Shown: piece by piece, positions 34,963 through 44,947 of the stretch
Layout: each line of letters begins with the position of its first letter
Position numbering within the stretch: the stretch's first letter is position 1
Source of the DNA: an uncultured Armatimonadia bacterium
GTDB taxonomy: Bacteria > Armatimonadota > Zipacnadia > CAVVLO01
Assembly: GCA_963749155.1 (NCBI GenBank)
Contig: CAVVLO010000004.1
Span: forward strand, 64,001-128,000
Length of the DNA stretch: 64,000 nucleotides
Reading direction: 5' to 3'
Translations under genes and position numbers: made by a program
The notes under the pieces: generated by a model
The model's input: the letters and a program-made list of their open reading frames with translations, nothing else
Databases searched by the model: none
What the model was told of the DNA's origin: nothing

Positions 34963-37224
34963 TCAGTCCTCCATAAGAGCTTCTTGAACTCGGCCGGCTT
35001 CGGGCGCCTGGCAGAAGCGCACTTTTTCCTTTACGGGTATCGGGACGCGCTGCTCGCCAAAGGCGCGATACACCTGAAGGCCTGCTTTCCCGTTGAGTTT
35101 GTGGCGCCAGACAACGAGAGTTGGCTCGGACAAGGGAATCCCAGCGACTTTCGAGGCGTGGTAGGCGATCAGTTTTGGCCCCTGGATATAGAAACCCAGA
35201 GCGGGCAGCGTGAGTTGGTCGTCTACCTCCCAGGGCTCAAGGGCAGTGTTAACAAGCACGGTGACCGGCCCGGCATAAGTCGCGAAAGTGGTGCGCTCGT
35301 GGTAGAGGTCGCCTTCGATAAATTCATGGCTTATCATGGGCTGAGTAAAAATCGCATCGCCCAGCCCCATCGAGACGTGGTCTACGGCCAGCAGCAGGTC
35401 CTGGGTAGAAAGCTTGGACCAGCCTCCACAATCGGTTGTGGACTGGGTGCGATAACTGTCCAGCACAGACAAATCCAGCGCGTCGGAATAGAAACAAGGC
35501 GGCAGCGCGCCCGCACGGTAGCACTTGAGGGCGATGCGCAGATAACGCACCAGCGGATCTTCGGTCTCCATCGGCGTGTTTACGTGGGTGGTGGATTCCC
35601 GGATGGCAAGGAAGGCGTCGTGGTAGACCAGATCCCACAGGGGCACGATTATGCCATTCAGATTGTCCTGGCTCCATCCGCCATCGCCCTTGTGCCAATA
35701 GCCTTCTTCCGCCATAAAGGCGCCATCACAATACTGCAAAGCCCAGTCCATAATGGACTCGCTCAACACCAACTGCGCGAACTGCTCTCTGGCAACGCGG
35801 AAAGGCCCCTGACGCTGCTTGAGCTCTGCCTCTCTGGTGAGCGGCGGGTCATAAGCGTAATCCTCGATAGGCTGGTAGCTGGTAGCGACATCAAAGAGAT
35901 AGCCTCTAAGGCTCGGGAAGCGCTTGCGCAACTCGGACAGATTGCGCTGGGTGAAGGCGGTCTGTGCCGCGGCGGTCGGCAAGCGATATTGCTGCTCGCG
36001 ATAGACGCCAAAGTTGAAGGGCTCCCCGTTAGGCAGGCGAGCAAGCACGTCCTCGGAGAAGGAAGGGGCGCGCTCGGAGATGATCGCAACATCGTCGTGA
36101 GGCGTTGCGATATAGCCGAGGCGGTCGATAGCGTCCGTCAGCGCGCGGAAGCCTTCATCGCCGCCACATTTCGGGTTGGCAGGCAGGATATCGGGATATT
36201 CCGAATCGTAGCCGAGACGGTTCCAGCCGCCCAGGTGGAAGAGCGCCCGGTCGAGGCCAGCGGCCTTGAGGGCTTCCATCCGGGGGATGAGCGCCTCGAA
36301 GGGCAAGGGTTCTCCCCCATAATCGCAGGGCACATGAGCGAAGAGTTGCGCGCCGGCGACTCGGCCAGGATTTGGAGCACGAAAGCGACTGGAGAGGGTC
36401 TTCCAGTCAGACTGCCCCTGCCGCCAGGTGCGATATTCTTTGGCCAGTTGGACATAATTGCCTTCAAGAAACCTGAACTCCATCGACTGGACGCGGAAGT
36501 CCTCTTTAGCCTCCGCAGCCGAACGCTCGCTGAAATAGTTGAAGCCGAGGCCCTTTGAGTTGCGCCAGAGGTCTACGCCGCGATAAAGCGAGTCGGTGGC
36601 AAAGGCAAGATACGAATAGTCCTTACCCCCCACCTTCTGGGTGCCCCCAAGCCAGCGCATACACCAGGGACGCTGCCAGACAGTGCGTCGGACAGCGAAG
36701 TCCTCGCCCCTGGCGGGCACGAGCAAGCCCAGCCACTGGGGGAAGACGAGGCAGGACTGCTCGCCATGCAACTCGGGCCCGGCAGGGAAGACAACCCAGA
36801 GCACCTCGTTGACGGCTGGACCAGAAAGCTCCATCGAGCAACTCAGGGTGCCGTTGATGGGCAGTTCGAAGCACAGGCGGAAGGAGAGCGATCTGTCGGG
36901 CAGTTCGCCCTTCCCCACCAGCACGTTGTGGCTGGTGCGAGTCCAGGTGATGGGGACGTTGCCCTTGCCACCCAGCACACTTTTGCCCTCGGCGAAGCCC
37001 AGGTGCGCAAAGCCTCCCCCATTGCACCGGATCATCCAGTCGGCAGGGCCCTGCGAGACAAGCAGGTGCGCCTTGGCAGGGTCAAGCGCCAGGTTGAGGT
37101 CGCCGCGAGAAGCGGTCAGAACTGTGGGTTTATCTGTCATCAGGCCAGCTCCTTGGTCAGCAAAGGCAAGCGCCGGCGCTACTAGCGCCAGCGCAATCCC
37201 AATCAGACAAGTCCACTTGCTCAC
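34963..37224 (-). CDS. GH129/GH101-like (DUF5696) alpha-N-acetylgalactosaminidase-like protein
   Basis: FHLGGWNRLGYDSEYPDILP...GGDEGF...GY..TPHDD, YLFDV, SE, VPLWDLVYHD. Confidence 0.7.
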   Translation of the reverse strand: MSKWTCLIGIALALVAPALAFADQGAGLMTDKPTVLTASRGDLNLALDPAKAHLLVSQGPADWMIRCNGGGFAHLGFAEGKSVLGGKGNVPITWTRTSHNVLVGKGELPDRSLSFRLCFELPINGTLSCSMELSGPAVNEVLWVVFPAGPELHGEQSCLVFPQWLGLLVPARGEDFAVRRTVWQRPWCMRWLGGTQKVGGKDYSYLAFATDSLYRGVDLWRNSKGLGFNYFSERSAAEAKEDFRVQSMEFRFLEGNYVQLAKEYRTWRQGQSDWKTLSSRFRAPNPGRVAGAQLFAHVPCDYGGEPLPFEALIPRMEALKAAGLDRALFHLGGWNRLGYDSEYPDILPANPKCGGDEGFRALTDAIDRLGYIATPHDDVAIISERAPSFSEDVLARLPNGEPFNFGVYREQQYRLPTAAAQTAFTQRNLSELRKRFPSLRGYLFDVATSYQPIEDYAYDPPLTREAELKQRQGPFRVAREQFAQLVLSESIMDWALQYCDGAFMAEEGYWHKGDGGWSQDNLNGIIVPLWDLVYHDAFLAIRESTTHVNTPMETEDPLVRYLRIALKCYRAGALPPCFYSDALDLSVLDSYRTQSTTDCGGWSKLSTQDLLLAVDHVSMGLGDAIFTQPMISHEFIEGDLYHERTTFATYAGPVTVLVNTALEPWEVDDQLTLPALGFYIQGPKLIAYHASKVAGIPLSEPTLVVWRHKLNGKAGLQVYRAFGEQRVPIPVKEKVRFCQAPEAGRVQEALMED

Positions 37225-38609
37225 AGGGGCAGCAGCTCCGCGTCCGCCGAGGCTGACTCGACACGGTAGAAAGCTTCCTGACCTGGCGCAAGCCAGTGAT
37301 AAAGTGTCAGGCCATCGGCTTCTCGCCGCTGATCGTCGGCCGAATAGGCGCCGCCCTCATACTCCTTGCCAGCCCAGTTGTAAGAGAAGACTCTGACGTC
37401 GGCTCCACGGAACTTGATGCTGGCGCGCGCGTTGGCGGTTTGGGAATTGTTCACCAGCATCACATAGCGCCTGCCTTCGAGGTCAACGAACTCGGAGACA
37501 AGCAGCGCAGGCGAGTCGGGCGAACCACTCGGGCCGATCTCGGCGATGAGGCCGTCAGGCTCGAAGGCTTGCCCACCTCCGAAAGGCTCGGGCGAGAACA
37601 TAACTTTGGTGCATACCAGGCGCGTAAACAGGTCGCCGTAGAATTTGTGGTGGTTGTTATGTACCAGCCTGAGCGCATCCCAGGTGGGCGTGCGATACCA
37701 GTGCTCGTCAATCGGCGCCTGGCGGTAATTGGAATGCGGAGCGCGCATATAGTAGAAAAACCACAGCACCCCATGCGCCCCGCTTGCGACAGTGGTATTG
37801 AACTGCCAGCGGATATCGTCGAGGGTCGGGCAGCGATAATTGAAGTGGCCAACCGAGAGGACGGTGTTCCAGAAGGGCACTCCATTGCGCAGCGCGGCCT
37901 CGCGATACAGGCGCAGGTTCTCGTAATAGTTCTGCCAGCCGCTGGTGCCTGGATTCATCTGGGTGTAGCAGTCGTAACTTATGAGGTCGGGCTTCGCCTT
38001 CTGGCAGTACTCGTCCAGGTAGTTGGGCCAGGTGTCAGTGCCCGCCCGCGCCTCGATACCAGGGAAGAAAGGCAGCAGATTCGCATAGGGGAACTGCTCG
38101 GGGGCGGCTTCTTTCAAGGCGCTCTGGCAGGAGAAGAACGCCTCTTTCATATCCGCGCCTGGCTCATCGCCCACATGATAACCAAAGAGAGCCGGATGGC
38201 CTTTGAACAGGCTGACTACAGAAGGCAGATCGGCCTTATACGCCTCTAACTCGGGCCTGGCATAGGCGCGCGGATCGGAGAGGATTAGCTTCATCCCGTA
38301 TTGATCGGCCCAGTCCAGAAGCTGACGCATCTGGGCGACCTGTTCGGGTTTGTTTGGATCGAAATTTGGACTTTGCGGCACTGTGAAGCCGCACTCGGCC
38401 CATTCGGCTACCTCGGCCTCGTCCATATACTTACCGTGGGCATTCAAGCTGGTATAGCTCCAGAAGCTGATGGGATATTTCCCAATCCCAAAGGACTGGC
38501 TCTTCTCGATAATCGAACGCAACTTTGGGGGCACCTCCTGCGCGGCCTGGGCCAGCGCGGTGATGAGCAGCAAGGCGCACAATCCACCTAGAAGCCTGAA
38601 CAGACTCAT
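37221..38609 (-). CDS. Secreted putative TIM-barrel glycoside hydrolase
   Basis: HPALFGYHVGDEP, ISYDCY, PFWN, GAHGVLWFFY. GGAGGA RBS before the ATG at 38609. Confidence 0.6.
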   Translation of the reverse strand: MSLFRLLGGLCALLLITALAQAAQEVPPKLRSIIEKSQSFGIGKYPISFWSYTSLNAHGKYMDEAEVAEWAECGFTVPQSPNFDPNKPEQVAQMRQLLDWADQYGMKLILSDPRAYARPELEAYKADLPSVVSLFKGHPALFGYHVGDEPGADMKEAFFSCQSALKEAAPEQFPYANLLPFFPGIEARAGTDTWPNYLDEYCQKAKPDLISYDCYTQMNPGTSGWQNYYENLRLYREAALRNGVPFWNTVLSVGHFNYRCPTLDDIRWQFNTTVASGAHGVLWFFYYMRAPHSNYRQAPIDEHWYRTPTWDALRLVHNNHHKFYGDLFTRLVCTKVMFSPEPFGGGQAFEPDGLIAEIGPSGSPDSPALLVSEFVDLEGRRYVMLVNNSQTANARASIKFRGADVRVFSYNWAGKEYEGGAYSADDQRREADGLTLYHWLAPGQEAFYRVESASADAELLPL

Positions 38610-38641
38610 TGTATTCCTCCTGCGCCACATGGTGGCTCTAG

Positions 38642-38668
38642 ATTCGCCCTCCTAAAGTCGAAGCCTGC
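38642..38668 (-). promoter_or_regulatory. SigH-like promoter motif
   Basis: Minus strand GCAGGC-N17-GAAT. Confidence 0.6.
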
Positions 38669-38775
38669 CCTTCCCGAAAAGAGGGGAAATACTGCGTGAA
38701 AGCCAATATGCGATATAACATCCGCAGGTCTTGTTAACTGTTCCGGCGCCCGTCAGCCCCGAGGAGGGAGCGCTA

Positions 38776-40218
38776 ATGCCAAGCGCGTTCCGCGGTTTTG
38801 GTTTGCTGTTTCTGCTTGCCTTACTTTCACTTCCTGGTCTTGCCCTGCCCGCCCCAGTGAAAGCCGGTGATTTTGCCTTCCTGCTACCCGAGGGATGGGA
38901 ACAGGACACCAGCACCTCGGTCGAAGATATGGGGGGCTGGCTTTTCGCGTATGGCGAGACTTGCGCTGTGGTCTTTTCCAGCGAGACGACCGACTATTCG
39001 GGCGCAAGTGAACGGCAGCAACTGCTGGAAGCCTTCAAGAAAGCTTTCCGAGAAGACCACTCCGCCTCCTTCAAGGCTGACAAGTATGAGTTCGCCGGCC
39101 AGCTTTGGGACAGGCTCTTCTACAACGATGAGGATAACGACAGCTTTTATGCGCTGTTTGTCTACAATGAGAGCCGTATCTGGCCTATCTACATACTGCT
39201 GCGCGGCCCGAACAAGCCCTTCCCGCAGGCAGCAACTGATTTGCTAAAGACGGTGCGCTGGCCTGGTATGCCCGAACAGGCTGGCGACCAACCAGGGAGT
39301 GGGCAAAGTGCCTCTGCCGCGCTGGTGAAGGACAAGCTTTTCAAGCTGACCAAGGGCTCGGACGGCTTCCTGCTTGCCGCCAGTTATCCAACCAGCGACC
39401 TGGCGCTGCAACTGGCAGTGAATTACTCGAAGCCTGGCATATTGCTCGATTCGGTGGGCATCAACGTTGCGCCCGTCGGCTCCTTGTCACTGGGTATCGG
39501 CGCCGATGGCGCGGTCTCGCTCAACCTCTTTGCGCCTTCAGCCCAGAGCCAGGTCCGCGATGCCAGTGGCTGGCACAGACTTGTCAGCTCGGTGAAAGTG
39601 CCAGCGAACGCCAGACATATAATCCGGATAGAGCTACTTCAGGGAAGCTTGTCCCTCAGCCTGGATGGCGCAAAGCAAGCCGAAGCAACTCTTAATGTGC
39701 CCCTGTCAGGCGCAGAACTCTGGATCGGTGACTTCCCTGGCGATAACAGTTGGGGCAGCAACTACAATATCCATCCGGCGCTTGGGGGCAATGTGTTCGT
39801 CGAGTACCTCGGCCAGGCAAGCGGGGCGACAACCGGCAGCGCAGGAGGCTCGAGCACCGGTGGCGGGACGTCCGCAGGCTCTGGCCCAGGCAGCGCTTCG
39901 GGGGTAGAGTTCCCAGAGCATATTGAAGCGGTTTCCGCCTCAGGGGTAAACGCCGCGGCCAGCAAGCTTCAGCAGGCGCTGGCCTCGGGCAACGCTGAAG
40001 CCGCCAGTCTGCTCATACTGCCCGAGATCCGAGCCGACTTGCTGCTGCTCTTCCAGCAGCAACCTGACTCTAGGAAAGTGCTGGCGCAGTTGCTCGCTAC
40101 GCGCAAGCTGACGACGGCGACCTCCGCCGCCGCCGAATACGAAGTCACCGACGAGGGGCAAGTGTTCTACATAAAATTTTATCTGGTCGAGAGCCAATGG
40201 CTCCTCGCCGGCCTTTAG
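38776..40218 (+). CDS. Secreted multidomain hypothetical protein (PsbP-like N-terminal domain, LamG-like middle, G/S linker, small C-terminal domain)
   Basis: Signal peptide, FLLPEGWE, GWHRL/LSLDG, low-complexity GS linker, GAGGAGGGAG RBS. Confidence 0.55.
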   Translation: MPSAFRGFGLLFLLALLSLPGLALPAPVKAGDFAFLLPEGWEQDTSTSVEDMGGWLFAYGETCAVVFSSETTDYSGASERQQLLEAFKKAFREDHSASFKADKYEFAGQLWDRLFYNDEDNDSFYALFVYNESRIWPIYILLRGPNKPFPQAATDLLKTVRWPGMPEQAGDQPGSGQSASAALVKDKLFKLTKGSDGFLLAASYPTSDLALQLAVNYSKPGILLDSVGINVAPVGSLSLGIGADGAVSLNLFAPSAQSQVRDASGWHRLVSSVKVPANARHIIRIELLQGSLSLSLDGAKQAEATLNVPLSGAELWIGDFPGDNSWGSNYNIHPALGGNVFVEYLGQASGATTGSAGGSSTGGGTSAGSGPGSASGVEFPEHIEAVSASGVNAAASKLQQALASGNAEAASLLILPEIRADLLLLFQQQPDSRKVLAQLLATRKLTTATSAAAEYEVTDEGQVFYIKFYLVESQWLLAGL

Positions 40219-40230
40219 GAGGAGTGCGAG

Positions 40231-42408
40231 ATGAAGACCACTCGCCTGATACTTTGGGTTGTCTTTCTCCTGGTGGGCTTGCTCACCGGTTATGCCCTCG
40301 CCTGGAACCACACCGATACCCACAGGCTCATCAATAAAGCCGTCTGGGACTTCTATATCGCCAACGTGCAGAAAGGCAGCTCTGAGACCGCCTCACTGCA
40401 GAACTACGAATTTGGCCTGCAGAAGGTGCTGGTAGGTCAGACGGTCATCGGTATGGGCGACTGGCCTGGTGATATCGAGGTCGGTAACAAGACTCTCTCT
40501 CCCTCGCAGTGGCTTGAAGAAGGCGGTTACACGGCCGATGAACCAGAGAAGTTTATGTGCCTGCGGCACTTCTTCGATCCCTTCAACAAGACCGAACCCT
40601 GGCTTACCGACCTGCCTCAGATCGCCCAGGATTACTTTTGCTTCAAAAAGAAGATAAGCGGCAGGACTGATATACCGAGTGAAAATCCTCGCATAGATGC
40701 CAGATACTGGGCACTCGATGGCAGGCCGACGTCGCTTTCGGTCGAGAATGATTACTCGCTGCTAAAAGGCATCGAGTATATGAAAGCGGCCTTTGAGAGC
40801 GACGCGCCCCAGAAGGATTATATGGCAGCCTCGGCCTGGCGCGCTTTCGGCGAGACGATGCACCTGTTGGCCGATATGTGCGAGCCTGCCCACGTACGCA
40901 ACGACGCCCATCCCGCCATCACCGGAGCGGGCGAACTGAGGGGCGACCCTGTAGAGGACTTCACCCTTGGGCCCGAGGTGCAGGCTATTTTGAAGGCCTT
41001 GCCTCGCTCGGGCGGGTGGAACGAAGTCAAGCTGGTCGATGCCGTGGACAACTACGTCGAGGACTCGATAAACGGTAGTGGAGATCCCTTCAACCTCTTC
41101 TTCAATGTAGCCGGTTGGACCGCGCGCAACTTCTTCTCTGCTGATACGGTGTCCGGCGCCGAGAAACGCACTGGTACAGCGGTACATAACGCAAATGGCA
41201 AGCCTGATTATGCTTCGCCCAAACTCGACCAGATGGGCTTCGAGGAGTTGTTCGGGCTTTATACCGGCAACCTGAACTCGCGCCGGGTGGTAATGCTACG
41301 CGAAACAGTGATGAGCCATCGGGGCTGGGGCGCCTGGCTAAAAGGCAAACTGGGGGGCGCTATCGGCAAGGAGTATGGCTACGTAACAAGCAAGGAAGCG
41401 GCCCTGGACCAGGCAGCCCTGCTTATCCCAACCGCCATCTACGCCAATATGAGGCTACTGGACTGGATGATCCCTCGCGTCGAAGTAAAACTGACCAGTT
41501 ACGATGCAAAAACCGGCCAGGTGGCTGGCCAGGTAATCCACACGCCTGGGGGCATCTACCAGTCAGCGATGAGCTTCACCAAAGGCCCAGCAACCGAGTG
41601 CACCTTGTATCTGGATGGCGCAGAGCAGGTGAAGGGCAGCTATACTTTCACCATCCAGAAGGGCCAGCTTGCCGCCGACATCAGCAAGCTGAAGCCTAAT
41701 CCCGCAAGCAAGGTAAAACTGACGCTCGAGGTGGCTGGGCTGTATGTGAAGTCAAATGAGATCGCAAGTAAAGCTGGCGGGGTGCAGGTGACTTCACTCT
41801 CACCCTGGCATATACCCGATGCCTACCATGACACCTTGAAGGTCAGTGGCACAGGCTTCAAGCCAGGGGGGACAAAGACCTGGGTGCTCTTCCCCGGCTC
41901 TACGCCAACTGAAGCCATCAATTACACGGACACCGAGATAAATGTCATCTGGGTGCCCGCCGATGCCATGACAGGGATGCTGAAGGTGAACGTCGGAGGC
42001 ACGCTGCAGGGCAATCAGGTGGTCGGCGGAATAACGAGTAACGAAGTGCAGTTTGTGCGCAATTTTGGCCTGAGGATGCTCGAGCTGGAATATCCCAATC
42101 CCGATGGCACAGGCTGCAAGGCGCTGCTGCATGGCGACAATTACGGCGACAAGCAGGGGCCGCTCCAGGTGTATATCAACGGCACGCTAGTAGCGCCGAC
42201 GGCGTGGAGCTCACAGCTCATCACTGTCACCATCCCTGGCAACCTGCTTCCGCTGCCCTTCGACCAGGACTATTACAATCCGGCCAACACGTTCAAGGCC
42301 CAGGTGAAAGGCTATGGGCTGGCGACGGACATCGAAGAGGCACTGTTCTGGCCGCCGAAGTATGGCAGGGCGCCTATAGTAGACAGGCCTCAGCAACCTG
42401 AGGAATAG
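40231..42408 (+). CDS. Secreted Zn-dependent phospholipase C / S1-P1 nuclease-fold protein with IPT/TIG-like domains
   Basis: Signal peptide ending ALA|W then WNHTDTH; ADEP, RHFFDP, GETMHLLADMCEPAH. IPT-like LKVSGTGF and LHGDNYGD...WSSQLITVTIP. Confidence 0.75.
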   Translation: MKTTRLILWVVFLLVGLLTGYALAWNHTDTHRLINKAVWDFYIANVQKGSSETASLQNYEFGLQKVLVGQTVIGMGDWPGDIEVGNKTLSPSQWLEEGGYTADEPEKFMCLRHFFDPFNKTEPWLTDLPQIAQDYFCFKKKISGRTDIPSENPRIDARYWALDGRPTSLSVENDYSLLKGIEYMKAAFESDAPQKDYMAASAWRAFGETMHLLADMCEPAHVRNDAHPAITGAGELRGDPVEDFTLGPEVQAILKALPRSGGWNEVKLVDAVDNYVEDSINGSGDPFNLFFNVAGWTARNFFSADTVSGAEKRTGTAVHNANGKPDYASPKLDQMGFEELFGLYTGNLNSRRVVMLRETVMSHRGWGAWLKGKLGGAIGKEYGYVTSKEAALDQAALLIPTAIYANMRLLDWMIPRVEVKLTSYDAKTGQVAGQVIHTPGGIYQSAMSFTKGPATECTLYLDGAEQVKGSYTFTIQKGQLAADISKLKPNPASKVKLTLEVAGLYVKSNEIASKAGGVQVTSLSPWHIPDAYHDTLKVSGTGFKPGGTKTWVLFPGSTPTEAINYTDTEINVIWVPADAMTGMLKVNVGGTLQGNQVVGGITSNEVQFVRNFGLRMLELEYPNPDGTGCKALLHGDNYGDKQGPLQVYINGTLVAPTAWSSQLITVTIPGNLLPLPFDQDYYNPANTFKAQVKGYGLATDIEEALFWPPKYGRAPIVDRPQQPEE

Positions 42409-42420
42409 GCCAAATCGAAG

Positions 42421-43122
42421 TTAGTACCGGAGCCTGGCTGAGTTCGCCTTCAGCCAGGCTCTTGCTTTGGCAGGCGCAGGATGAAGCTGCTCGACCAGCG
42501 CCCAGAAGTCACGCTGGTGTCCACTTTTTGTCAGGTGAGCGACCTCGTGGGCGACGACATAGGCCAGGACCTCGGGCGGAGCCATCACAAGTCGCCAGTT
42601 GAAGCCGAGGTTACCAAGGGAACTGCAGGTGCCCCAGCGACTTTTCGTGTCGCGCAGGAAGAGCCGGTTGTAAGAGAACTCGTAGCGCTGTTGCAGGTGG
42701 TCTAATGCGGCCAGCAGGGCTTTGCGGGCTTCGGCCTTGAGCCAGCCAGAGAGCGCTTTTCGGGCCTCTTCAGGGGTACCGGCAGGTGTCTTCACAACCA
42801 GTTCGCCTGGTCGCACGCGCACGGAGAGGCGCCCCTTACCCGCTTTCAACCTCAGTGTATGCGGCTCGCCCCGCAGCAGCAGTTCCGCGCCGTCGAAGAG
42901 CCGCTCTTTCCCCGCATTGAGCAGAAGGGGCAGATGGCGCGCAATCCACTGGCGATGGGCTTCCAGCAGCTTCAGGGCGTTCGAAGTCGCCTGACGGGCC
43001 GGCAGCACGACCACCAGGCCCTCCGTCGGGCTTGCGAGGAGCCGGGCCCTGAGCGCGCGCTTGCTGCGCCGCACGGTGTAGGCAATCTCGTGACCTTCCA
43101 GCTCGAAGTCTGGCATCGTCAA
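42421..43122 (-). CDS. YgjP-like (M48/SprT-like, DUF45) metal-dependent hydrolase
   Basis: KSRWGTCS, FNWRL..AP, YVVAHEVAHL, H...FW. Confidence 0.9.
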   Translation of the reverse strand: MTMPDFELEGHEIAYTVRRSKRALRARLLASPTEGLVVVLPARQATSNALKLLEAHRQWIARHLPLLLNAGKERLFDGAELLLRGEPHTLRLKAGKGRLSVRVRPGELVVKTPAGTPEEARKALSGWLKAEARKALLAALDHLQQRYEFSYNRLFLRDTKSRWGTCSSLGNLGFNWRLVMAPPEVLAYVVAHEVAHLTKSGHQRDFWALVEQLHPAPAKARAWLKANSARLRY

Positions 43123-44930
43123 TCCAGCACGCGTAACTCGAAGACCGAGTAGCCGTTGTCTGTGCCGCGCTCCAGGCAGTTTAGCCGAAGATACCGGCCA
43201 TATCCTTCCAGTTGCTCGAGGCGCTCTTCGTCTCCCTTACCGCTAGTGGTCGAGTACAGGGATCTCCAGTCCTTCCCATCATCTGATACCAGCAACTCGT
43301 AGGACTTGGCCCAGGCTTCCCAGGTGATGAGGACGGTATTGATGGGCTGTGGAACGCCTAGATCAACCTGCACCCACTCGGGCTTGCCGTAGGGCTGTCC
43401 ACTCGACCAGCGGGTGGTTACATCGCCATCGAAGGCTCGCCAGGCCTCATAGTCTGGGCTGTAGAGGGAGGAAGCGAGGGCGACCGGCTTGCCTTTCAGG
43501 GTCATCTGCCAGGCTTTGAGCTTAGCTGCCGGCAGTGTTTCAGGCGGCCCCAGCAAGCCAAGTCGTAGCTTCTCCGAACCACCCGCGCCGCGCAGGTGGT
43601 AGCACTCGATGAGCTGGTCGTCGAGATAGAGTTCGACCATCCCGCGCCGAGTCAGCAGGCGAAAACCCGTTACAAGGCCAAAATCATACTCGCGGTCGAC
43701 GGTCAGTACCGGCTGCCAACTGCCACCGAAGGGATCCATCGTGCCGAACTCGGTCTTCCCATCACCATATACCTTGATGGCGTGACCGCCACGTCCCTCA
43801 GGCAGCAGATAGAAGCCCGCCGGCGGATCCGAAGGTGTAGTTGGCAATTTTAACTGGCCCTCGAAGGCAAGGCCCTTCAGCCAGTCAAGTGGCTGGCTAA
43901 CAAGGGTCACTGCGCGGGTGCCATCATCAGCTTTCAATGGGAGTCGCTCGCCTTTGAGGGCGTCGTTACCGAGCCAATACTCCAGGCGGAGGGTACCTTT
44001 AGAGTCCACGACCGCGCGCTTGAGAGGCGCGATGTGCCAGCCCCAGTCGGAGTTGGACTGATGGTTGACCAGCACTTCCCCATCCGGCTGCGGGAAGAAC
44101 CGCGAGAAGTAGGTCTGGCCGGCGGCGAGGAGGCGAGCATTGGTCTCGGTACGCCTGTAAGGGCCAGGCACATCATCCGCAACATAGCTCCACATATTGC
44201 CATCCAGCCCGAACATCGCATGCAGCTTGCCCTCGTTGAAGCGTCGGAAAGCGCCCGATTCAAAGACACCAGGCGTGACCTCGGGAGCGGGCAGGGCAGT
44301 CCAGTGGAGGCCATCGTCCGAGTAGCCAAGGCCCACCGTGCCCTGATGGGGACTGTCAGGCAGCGAGGTAGCCGTCCAGGTGCCCCAGTAACCCTCTTTC
44401 TCCGAGCCATCGGCAGCGCGAGGCAAGGGATAGATGCAATCCCACCTGCCCCACTTGTCGTAGAGCGTCTCTGCGATGGGAAACTGCAACTCGTCAGGAA
44501 ACTTCGTCCAGTGGATCAGGTCCTTTGAAGAGGCGAACAGGATGGTCTGCCTGGACCGGCCAGTTTCAGGGTCTTTGCGCCACTCTGAATAGTTACAGAG
44601 GAAGGTGCCGGAGGTCTCGAAGTCAGCGGCTTTCCACACCGAACCAGTGCCGAGGAACTCGACCATCTCGGTAGAGGCTGCAATACACCAGCCGAGGTCT
44701 TTCCAGTGGACGCCATCAGTCGAGGTGGCGACACCAAAACCTTCGCCACCACTATGTTCTGTGATGAGGTAGTAAAGGTAAAAGGTGCCTTGATATTCGT
44801 AGCACCAGTTATCCCACTGAGCTCTCACAACCTCTGACTTGAAGACCATTGCCTGTCCTCCAGCGGTTAGCAGCAGCCCAAGCAGAAGCCCCAGCACCAG
44901 TCTGCTCTGATGGCGCATCCAGTACCTCAC
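43119..44930 (-). CDS. Five-bladed beta-propeller glycoside hydrolase (GH32/GH43-like) with C-terminal F5/8 type C (CBM32) domain
   Basis: WDNW, ATSTDGVHW, GTGSV, SKDLIHW, WDC, FESG; F5/8 motifs AFDGDVTTRWSS, WVQVDLG, GRYLRL. Confidence 0.75.
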   Translation of the reverse strand: MRYWMRHQSRLVLGLLLGLLLTAGGQAMVFKSEVVRAQWDNWCYEYQGTFYLYYLITEHSGGEGFGVATSTDGVHWKDLGWCIAASTEMVEFLGTGSVWKAADFETSGTFLCNYSEWRKDPETGRSRQTILFASSKDLIHWTKFPDELQFPIAETLYDKWGRWDCIYPLPRAADGSEKEGYWGTWTATSLPDSPHQGTVGLGYSDDGLHWTALPAPEVTPGVFESGAFRRFNEGKLHAMFGLDGNMWSYVADDVPGPYRRTETNARLLAAGQTYFSRFFPQPDGEVLVNHQSNSDWGWHIAPLKRAVVDSKGTLRLEYWLGNDALKGERLPLKADDGTRAVTLVSQPLDWLKGLAFEGQLKLPTTPSDPPAGFYLLPEGRGGHAIKVYGDGKTEFGTMDPFGGSWQPVLTVDREYDFGLVTGFRLLTRRGMVELYLDDQLIECYHLRGAGGSEKLRLGLLGPPETLPAAKLKAWQMTLKGKPVALASSLYSPDYEAWRAFDGDVTTRWSSGQPYGKPEWVQVDLGVPQPINTVLITWEAWAKSYELLVSDDGKDWRSLYSTTSGKGDEERLEQLEGYGRYLRLNCLERGTDNGYSVFELRVLD

Positions 44931-44947
44931 TCGGTAGTCGCTTGTCC

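Noticed and set aside
34984..36558. Long antisense ORFs (also 10703-12232, 28150-29643, 53893-55113, 55961-57376, 62175-63149)
   Set aside because: They mirror well-supported genes on the opposite strand, which is expected at high GC, and they carry no recognisable motifs.
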